From: Klebsormidium nitens
Lineage: Eukaryota; Plantae; Klebsormidiophyceae
Assembly (NCBI GenBank): GCA_000708835.1
Contig: DF237186.1
Location: forward strand, 67,656-131,655
Length of the DNA: 64,000 bases
Reading direction: 5' to 3'
The first letter of the stretch is position 1. Every line of letters starts with the position of its first letter. Below are positions 50,650 through 60,375 of this stretch, in pieces. A program made the position numbers and the translations under genes. The notes under the pieces were generated by a model. It ran no database searches and was not told the DNA's origin. It was given only the letters and a program-made list of their open reading frames with translations.

Positions 50650-53600
50650 ATGCAACTCCCCGCGGAGTTGCAACGGGGCTGCAAGGACGCGCACGCGCGC
50701 GCTGGACCAGAGCACAATTACGGTAATGTCCGAAGGATGATCAGACAAAGTCAAAGATTACGTCATCCGAGGCAACGTGGCAGATTCTGGTTGCAAACGC
50801 GTACGGAGCGGAATCCCGTTATGTTGACTAACCCGGGGCCGGTAATACGTAACCAACGGTTTGCAACCCCAGAAGGGGAACCCCCTCCTCAAGCTGAGGA
50901 AGTTCAGAGCCTGCTTCTGGAAACGACGTAAGCAACTTCAAACCGCAGAGGGAGGGCTTTGAACTTGAAGCTGAACAAAAGCTTCTGTCCCTTCAAAAAG
51001 ACGAGAGTGCATTCAGCTGGATTCTTGTTGCATAATCCTGGCATTCGTCCAGCTTGCTCTTTTAACGCGGCGGAAGTTGAGAGGCCAGATTCAAGGGAGC
51101 TTGCAAGGAACAAGCATTCATAGCTGTACTTTCACAACTGTTCGCAGCGAGGCGTCACTGAATTGTCGTGGGTGTGTGAGGAAGCTTGCTCTTTTGTTGG
51201 GCCCCAAACGTTGAATTTTCCTTACAAGTGCAAACAAGTGAGTGTGGGTCAACCAGTAGAATTGTGTTTTTTCCTCCCCTGCAGACGGCATTGACTCAAT
51301 GAGGGTGCCATTGTGTTCAGGAGTCGTTCGTGTTATAAGGATGTTCCTGACGTGCGTTTGAGAATAACTCGCATGAGTGTTTGTGCAGTCAGGCACGATT
51401 TTACAGTTTCGTCACTGTTTCGTCACTGTACACTCATAGCTCATTGACCATGAGGCTAGAACCAAATATGACGTGACGAGAGTTGCAGGTTTGTTCGTTG
51501 AACATCTCCCTTGTTGTCTGTTGCACCGACCATCTGTCAGGGATCTGCAGGCTCACAACGATGCCATTGCTAGCTGCCATAGTCTCGCACATCTGGAGCT
51601 AACTCTCATTTTTCCCCATCTGCAGCTCTTATTTCGGACTGAATGACTGGGAGTATGCCTTGCGGGCGAGCCTGTGAAGCGAACTTGCATTTGTAGAAAG
51701 TCCTGACGCATTGTGCCAGGCTGGCAAGAATGCCGGCTATGGGGCCGCAACCCTCTGAGGAGGAGTTGAAGGTCAGGGCCACAGAAGCCCTGGAAGCGCT
51801 TGCGCGTGCTTCCGGCGCCAAGGGCCATATCTGGATGGTAATCAAGGTGAGAACTGCTGATTCTCCAGGGGAGCAGACTGAGTATAACAGATTTGTCAAG
51901 GCCGCGTTTACACATTTTTGAGGTTCACTGAGGCCAACGCCCACGATTTTGTCAGTTGAAGCCAAGACAGAAAGATTACTTTACGTCTAAGTGGAGTGAT
52001 GAAATCAATTTCCAAGTTGAGTAGCTTTGATCCCGGCAATATCCCCCCTTTCAGCTGGCCTGAACCTTGTCACAAAGGTGGTCCCACTTGAAGACAGGAT
52101 GATCATCCTCCTTATGAGTGTTTTGATATCTGCAACTTATGAGGAACTTTTAGGGTTCTGACTCCACAAGGTAGACAATAGTCGAAAAAGCCAATGTCAG
52201 GGATATATTGCTATGCAACGTGCCTATCTCAGAAGGCAGTTCTCTCGAAGGAGAGAGTCTTCCTTAAATGAGTGCTGGCAAGCCAAAGAACCCCATGCCG
52301 AAACGGCGACAAATCGCTTCTGCAGTGCGCTTAGAAATAGATATCAGCAGTCTGCAATGGCCAAGACCTAAAGCCAGGTGGCTAATGTGACTCAAGCAAA
52401 TGGAGACTCTTGCATGACTTCTGACGCTCATCTCTGATGCAGGGGGATGGGGGTAAGATCGGGGGCTGCTCTCCGAGCCTGAGGCCTTATGGAGCTGCGC
52501 TTATGGATGAGGTGGAGAAAGCAACTGAAAAGTGAGTGGTCAGCACACAATGCGTTTGTAAAAGGTGGTAAACAGCTTCATTTTGGATCCTGGAACATAG
52601 TTGCACGTTGCATGAGCCTGTGGAGTAGAGACCAAGCATTGCTCTTTTAGGGTTTGAAATGGAGTGAAGGAGCCATTAATTTGGAAGCCTGGGCTGGAAT
52701 TGGATCAAGTGTACCCGGCACTCCCTCCAAGCTGCGACAGCTTTGACCAAGCTTCTTGGGGCTCTGTTTGCTCAAATAGACCCCTCGTTGGTTACTCCAA
52801 GCACTCGCCTCGCAGCACTCCCCTCCGTGTGAATTCAGTTCGTTCAGTTGTAGGACTAAGCCCCACGTGTCTCCCCCCCCCCAAAAATGCTTAGGTACTG
52901 TGTTCATTGTGTGTTCGTAGTGCGACATAGGATTCATTCCCCATTTTATCCTGTCAAGTCCATTCAGAACCACTCTGTCTTTTGCAGTGGTTCTATCTTT
53001 TGCAACCACAGCCAAGTTCACTTGGGCTGGTGTAAGACGCAAGTCTGATATAAGAAGCACTCCCCCAAATGCTTCTTGTCCTGTCGAACAACCAATACAA
53101 TTCTGCCCTCCATTGCTCCATCCTCAAAGATGGTTATTTAACCTCTTCACTCAATCAAGTTTGAATCCAATGGTACTTCCTCCGTACTTCCTGCGGAATT
53201 CATGGCATAGGAAACAAGTTAATCGAATTCCTGAAAGTAGGTGCCTGCCTCTGCAGACCTGTGAAAGCATGAGCCCTCAGACTTGCTAAGACTGCCACGT
53301 CGTTACGAAACGCACTGTCACTACTGTGGATCAACTTTGGATCAGTCACCCCGTTTTCCCCGAGACAACTGCCCTGTTGTTGCGACCAGCAATTGTGAGC
53401 CCTCTAATCTGCTGAAGCTAAGAAGGTGCTAACCCACCTTAAGGGAGTCCTTATACCCCTCCACAATTGCCCTCTTCATCGTACTTAGAGTCCTGTCTTG
53501 GTTTTGAAGCCTCGAAGCAAAGAAGGTGCTGCAAAGAACCCACGTTATCTCACAGGACCCCAATGATTACTGGCGTAAATCGCCTAACCCAGCTCTTTTC

Positions 53601-56600
53601 ACAAACCGGTTATCGTAACCAGCAACCGTGAAACCTGGGGCCTGCTCAAAGCAGAAAAGGTGCTCCATCATCTTGAAACCCAGCTCCCTGTGACTCTTGA
53701 CGCTACCCTCTCAATCAACCCTGATATTTAACCCAGGTCTTAACCTCCCCTGCAGGCCGGTTATTGTCACTAGCAAGCGCGAACCCTCGGGCCTGCTCAA
53801 AGCCGAGAAGGTGCTGCACACTCTGGCCAAGACAAAGCACGTGGAACTGCACCCCATCGTGGCAACCATGATTCAGGGCCTGAACGAGATCAACAATCAC
53901 AAGCACCCGCGCGTTATGGCAATCACCGACCCAAGCACGGTGAGGCACTCCTCCTGTGTCCTTAACTTGACAAGCGTTGTGTCTCTCAGGTGATAGGCAG
54001 TAAATCTGCAAGAGGTGCTGTTTGCTTGGCTCTTGAAACTTGGGGCAGTACCCCGATATAAGAAATGCTGGGGGATGTGCTTGGTAAAAGATAGGCACTT
54101 GTGTCATATGGAAGGGGGTGGGGGTGGTTTCTGTCACCTTGGGGCCCCTTTCTGTCGGGAGACGACAAACTGTTGGTCAGTGGTCAAAGCCTTGATGTGC
54201 TTAGATCAGACGATTCCCCACAGCGTCATATCTAGCCTTTAGAAGGCCTTGGAGCGGATTTCCATTCCGTGGATGAAAGCAGGTAAGAGCATTCCTTTCC
54301 AGAGTTGGGGGCAGTGCCCCATCAAACACACCACCAGACAGAGCTCCACCTTATTGCTATGTGTGACGTTTTTACCTGTTGAACAGTGTCACCTGATAAC
54401 AGCGCGGGCTTGTTTGAATTGGAGGAGCAGACAGGCAATATTGCACAAGAGGCTGAGCATGAAGCTTTTCGTAGAAGCCTGCTTTGCTGCGACAAAATAG
54501 AGCTGGCGTGTGCGTAAGGAGCTTGTGTTTGGTCCTTGTCTCGAAAGGGACCTAGTCACCCTTCTCAAGCCTCTACTGATGAGGCTGCATGGATCCTTTT
54601 TTTGCGTTCTCCTTTGGGATGATCAATCTTCCCTTTGCCATATTGTTGCGCACATATCACTCTTCTTTGGAGATTGCTGCAACCTGACCTTTCAAACGGG
54701 CCTGCATGCTTCCTTCTCTACTGGTAGTCTTTGGTGTTCTCTCTCTAGTACCCAGCGCAAGCTCTAGGTATTGACAGACCCTTCTTGTGAAGCTGGGTTC
54801 AGAAGTCTTTTGCATGCTGAAGCCAGAGCACTCGATCTGATAAGCAACTCCGATCCCCTTTTACCATTCCAAAACTTTTTCAGCTCCTGCAATTTCAATT
54901 TGGAGCAACTTAGCAACTCTTGACCTCTAGACCACAACTGCCACTTCAACCAATCTTACTAGTAGTACACGAGTCACTACAATTGCCTCAGTAAGTATCA
55001 ATCCTATCGTTCTTTCTGGGCGAAAGTCTGCCTGAGTCTCCGAGGTCACAGCTGCAGCTTTCTTAACGTGGACACGGCAATTAAAATTGTTACGACCAGT
55101 AATGTCTCTGGAAAAACTCTCATCGTGACTGTTTCCGTGGGTTCTGCCCTGTCAAAAAAATCACACTGCTCAGCCACTCTGAACGTTTCGCACTTATCCC
55201 CTGCAGATGCCTGCGTGGTTCCCGTTTCCCCCGGCCGTGTACGCCCCCCGCGCGCAGAAGATGGACCTGCACCAGCTGTTCCACGTCATCGACGTCATCT
55301 TCGGTCAAGTGCGCGGCAACCTGCACGCAATCCAGACGCTCCACTCGATGCTCGACCGCGTCTACAAATCCGGGTCGTGCAGCATCGGGACGCGCGCCGG
55401 GATCGACTCCTTCTTCGAGTTCCTCGAAGACGAGGCGATCGCCAAGATGGGCAAGGTGACGTCGGGCCTCGTGAAGGAGGAGGTCCACGATGACGTCATC
55501 CCCGCGCAGGCGGCGAGCGAGACGAGCGGCGTCGGGGGCGAGGGCGACGGGGAGGCTGAAGCGGCGTCGCGCAAGCGCGCGCGGAGCGCGGACGCGCCGG
55601 GAGGTTTTGCTAACGCGCCGGGAGTTTTCCCTGACGCTTTGCTTCCGAGCGCGTCGCCCGGACACAGCGCCGCGAACAGCACCCCGGCGAACGGGGCCCC
55701 CAATCCGGACGACGAGATCGACTTCGAGAAGTACATGTCGGAGGAAGGGGGTCAGTTCCTGGCGGAGTTCGACGCGCTCACGCGGCCGCAGCCCCAACCG
55801 CCGCAGCCATTCTGGGACGCCGCTCCCGCCATCGTGCCGGCCCCGATGCCCCCGTCCGAACTGGCGGTGGCGTTCGATGCTGACGTGGCGATCGAGGAGA
55901 GCGGCCCGGGGGCGCACATCTGGGAGTACCGCTCGTCGGGGGAGCTCACGCACTCGACCGGCCAGTCGACGCTCGCCACCAACGGCTCTGACGCGCTGCA
56001 GCAGTCGAACGACGGCACGTTCCAGGCCGCCTCCGGAAATGGACACAACTCCACCCCCACCAGCAGCCGAAACTGGGCGCCCGAGTGGTTCGCGGAGCCC
56101 GGGGATCTGTACCCGCGCCCTGACGTGGCGCCACGTCAGCACGGGGTGCCGCTCCTCGGGAACGACGAGGCGCTCGTGCGCGCACGGCTGCAGCAGCAGA
56201 TGAACCTGGCCGAGCAGGAGTGGCCGGCCGGGGGGCAGTTTATGGGCTACCGCAGCCCCACTGAAGCGGCGGACTTCGCTCCGGGGGGCCACAACGCGGG
56301 CTTCCGCAGCCCCCCCGAGGCCGCGGCCTTCCCTCCGAGGCTGGCCAGAAACGACGGACTCTCCGAGTCAATGCGCCGCGACTTCCTGCCGCAGCAGGGG
56401 GCCTACCCCCCTGGAACTTACAACGACGATTACATCCGATTCGGGGGGGCGCCCAACGGCATGGAGCCACGACTCCGCCAGGTGGCCATTGCAATGGCGC
56501 GCGCGCCGTCGTTCTGTCCCTCCCCCTCCCTTCAGGACAGGCCCCCCCCGGCTCCCCCTCAAGTGCCCCCCCCGGCAGCGNNNNNNNNNNNNNNNNNNNN

Positions 56601-58629
56601 CCCCCTACCCCTTCCCACGGACCGACGGCCCCCCCCCGGCCGTCCCCCTCCAACGTGCCCCCCCCGGCCACGCGCACGCCCACGGCTTCCAAATCGGGGG
56701 GTAGTTCTGCAGAAGGCCAAGGTGCTCATCGCTGGGGCTCCCAAGCCTCGCCCCCCTCCTGAAAAGGCGGAACCGTTCCCGTACTCACGGAGCGCCCCTC
56801 TGGGGGTCGCGACGGCGCCTTCGGATGGCCCCCGGAGCCGAGAGTTTGAGCCGCTGGGGAGGTCTAGGTCGGGCGACCAGCCTCAGGGCGCGTTTTCCGG
56901 GCCCCTTTCCGGCCGGAAGGGCTCCGGGGAAAAGGACCGGAGAGGCTTGCCTGGCCCTCTGCAATCCTGGGGGGACAGTCCGAAGTCCGGGGACCTGAAC
57001 GAGCGCAGCATTTCCAGGGAGGGGCGCCAAGGGTCCGGGGACCTGTCAGCCAAGCAGTGCGCAGGGGACAGCAGCGGGAAGGCGCTGAAAGTGCTCGGGC
57101 TCGAGGAGCACGGTGGCCCTGGCAGCACAGGGGGATCCCTCGGGTGGACCGGGTCCCAGGACGGGAGCGGCAGCTTCGACGAGGACGGGGAGAGCGGCGG
57201 GGGCAAGAAGGGGCTCGCGCGCTTCCTGCCGAAGCTGGGCCGAGGCAAGGGGAAAGCAGCGAAGGAGAGCGAGAAGAGTTCGAAAGAGGACTCTGCCTTG
57301 TATCGGGACCGTTCATTGGGCGGGCAGTCCACTGGGAGCGTCAGTTCGGGATCGGACGTTCCACTACCCAGTCAGGGCAGTGGGGGGTGGTTTGCCACAG
57401 AGATACTTCCCCGGCAGGGGAGCGGCCCCATTTCGGGGGGGCAGTCTCCGCCCCCCGACAGCCTGTACGAGCCTCTTGGGAGAACCCCCCCGGGGGAGTG
57501 CGAGGCCTTTCCCCGGCGGCGTGACGTCCAGCGCTTTGACAGTTTCCGGTCGGTCGGGTCGCTGACGTCCGACGAGCCGGAGAGCGACGCGTGCGAGAGC
57601 TTCCCGTTCCGGCGCCCGGCGCCCCAGACGGAGAAGGGATTCCCCTCGCAGCGCCCGGGAGCGGAGTCGGAGGGCCTCCAGCGGCTCATGCAGCGCCTGA
57701 GCGTGTACGAGGGCGTTGATCCCGCGGCGGATCGCTCAGCCGCCGATTTTGCAACAAAGACGGCACGAACCGTGCTGCCGGCGGCGGCTTCCCGTCAGCA
57801 GAACGGTGTGGCTGTGAAGGAGGCCGAGATGGGCTCCCAGGAGAAGGCCCGAGCGGAGAACGGGATGAGCCCGCGGAGCATTTTGACCGAGGGGCCATCT
57901 GTTGGCACGCCCGCACGTCGTGTTCGAGGACGTGTGAGCGGAGAAAACGCGTACGACGAGGAAGAGGAGGAGCCGAAGTCCCCTGCATTCGCTCTGGGCA
58001 TTGGTGGGTCCATCTAACGGAACCTTGGGACTAGTGCCCATTCAAGGGGCTTGCAGATTAAGCCTTTCGTTTCAGCTGAGTTTTGCATATGAGATTGCGA
58101 TTCTGTGAGAACCTCGTCTTTGCTATGGGGACCCCGCTTTACAGGAATTCTTTGGCAGCTGTTGAGACTGTACCTTACTCCTTGCAAAGTCCCGAGTTTA
58201 TCTGAACACTTAAATCGCGAAGTTTTTGTGAGCTGCGTCAAGTCCGCTTCTGGTCCTTCTCGTAAGCTCATGCCTCAGCAGCGGCGTTGTGGAAAATGAT
58301 CCTTCCGCTGCATCACTGCAGGTACTGAAGACGAGGTTGACTTTGACGACGATACCGGTGTCTCTCACGTTGGGCCGAGTGCCCGCAGCGCCCCAGCAAC
58401 AGTGGTCAGCGTGAGAATCATCAGTGATGCAGCTGCGGTGACGGCCCTGCCAGCTGTCCCGGTCACTAAAGCGCCCGGGTCACACGCACCGGGCACTCAG
58501 AGGGGTGTGATTGCGGCCGCACCCGTTGTTGACGGTGTGGCCCCTGTGAACGGGCGGGCAACTGAGGGTGCGGTACACGATGATCCGTTGGTACGGTTGC
58601 AGCGGTTAAGAGTGGGGGTTGGTTCATGA
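50650..58629 (+). CDS. Large uncharacterised multi-exon protein with a short conserved-looking core and a long disordered tail
   Basis: Well-supported in-phase exons: 53756-53939, 55207-58003 (spanning the N gap) and 58322-58629. Upstream candidates (50650-50722, from 51285, 51697/51720-51847, from ~52988) have good splice signals, but their linkage is unresolved. No family was recognised. Confidence 0.6.
53400..53680 (+). repeat. Three degenerate copies of the start of the 53756 exon
   Basis: ccggttattgtcactagcaagcgcgaaccctcgggcctgctcaaagccgagaaggtgctgcac recurs as ccggttatcgtaaccagcaaccgtgaaacctggggcctgctcaaagcagaaaaggtgctccat (~53606-53668). The anchor agaaggtgct also occurs at 53521 and 53421. 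Confidence 0.85.
56581..56600. other. Assembly gap (20 N) in a C-rich, proline-coding stretch
   Basis: Run of n. Frame continuity across it cannot be verified. Confidence 1.
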
Positions 58630-60375
58630 CGGCCACGAAAGCAGGTCGGCGGTTTAGTTGTCGCCATACATCAGATCAAGTTGGAAGGCTCTGTCGGTTT
58701 CTGGTTAGTATTTATATTTCAGCACACCGGTTTACATAAGACACGATCGTGATTGCAGTTATGGGATCTTGCAAAAAGGTGGACCGCTGATACGTATGTT
58801 AGAGGGGAGATGTCTGCAGAAGGTGGACGTGAAAGGGGTTTAGTCTGGTACGTGGGTTAATGTTGAACAGAGAAGCGGTCAATCACCAGTCTTGTTTGGA
58901 TTGCAGACCAATGCATAGCTTACATGAAAGTAACACACATATATTGAACTTCGCCAACATACACTTACCTGTTGTTGTTCAGGTTTGTAGTATCCTGTCT
59001 TGCTGCTTGCTAAAGTACTAGCCGCCAGCCCTCTTTGCACAATGTACGTGCAATTTGTGCATCACATTCAAGCCTCAAATGCATGCATATCATGATCACA
59101 TTGCTCCTTTGATTGCATGGTTCGAAACTGGAGTTGAGCATGAGTCTATGGCCTGATCGCGCGTAGGCCGCCATCATTGGAATACCTTTGCGTCAGTTAA
59201 GCTGCAGGCTCCCTTCGTGACGTACGTACGCCAGCATTCTGCATGGCCGTGACTTTTAGAACGTCGCGACAAGACAAATCAGTCACTTGATTGAAACAAC
59301 AATGAAATCATTGTTGGAGCAAGAGGCCATGCATGAACCATGACATGGTCTCTTTCCAAAGACCCCGCGCCGTAGCCAGTTCGGCCATAGGCTTCTCAGG
59401 GCATACATGTAGTGACCTACCTATGGTGTGTGTTCCGGCCATTGGCTTATGATGCGATACGTCGAACTGCACGCAGCACGAGTGGACATGCGCTTCCGAC
59501 CGAAGTGCGATCAGGTGCTCCGCGCCGGTGCGGCCGCGATCGGGGATCCGGCTGCGGCGCGCTTGACCTCGCCGATCGACGGCGACTAGCTGGTAAGCAC
59601 CGTAACCACGATGTAAAATCTACGTTTAGTAACCCGAACTCACTGCCACAGGCGGCCTGTACCGCGCCGCCGGTTCCATCTTTCCCGGCTGGTCTGGACC
59701 CTGGCCGGCCAGGAGTCTGGGCATCGGAATACTCGCGAGTACAGCGATTGCACAGTGATGAGCCTCCCACCGTTCGATGAACAGGGCCTTTTGAGCCCCG
59801 AATGCAAACCCTTTGTATAAGCCCTTGCAGAGGCCGGGCAAACCCGCGGCAGTTGGCGCGACCTTGCATTTCCACCCAACCCAGCCGGGTACATCTACCG
59901 GGGGCCCCGAGCCCAACCCCCTCTGGCATAAGTTATGAGCCAAAAGGGGCCCGGCGCAGCTATACGGGCTCAGCCCGTGCCGTTACCAAGCACTCACAGA
60001 CCGTTCCCATTCAGCACGCCAAAAGAAGACGTCCAGCTTCCTTGCCCATTGAGATGAGCCCTCGCAATGTGCAAATCAGCAGCAATCTTGCTCGCTTTAC
60101 ACAGTTCGCTTTCTTCGGTGCCAATTTCTCAGCGGTTTAGCGGCTTCCGTGTGCGTTAGGCCTCTTTGCAGTAGAATGACAGAGCCAAAGCAGGCGGCCT
60201 TAGAGAAGCTGCAGGGCAGATTGGTGTGGCTCAGGGCTTTCAGGTTGGCCAGCAATTAATGTCAACAGGAATTGGTGTTCTGTAAAGCGTTGTGGGGGCG
60301 CTTCCTAGTATCAGTCTCATTATCTCTCTTGGCCTTTTAGGAGCAAATCAGAGCTGGCCCTTCAACTGTGTCGTC

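Noticed and set aside
55120-56292. 390-aa minus-strand ORF, and other long antisense ORFs (e.g. 40288-41034, 12037-12780, 39595-40260)
   Set aside because: These are shadows of GC-rich coding exons on the opposite strand, with no independent motifs.
59412-60140. Several 100-160 aa ORFs in the GC-rich region upstream of the 2A/NTPase gene
   Set aside because: They overlap on both strands with no recognisable motifs or splice support. More likely promoter or 5' UTR sequence.
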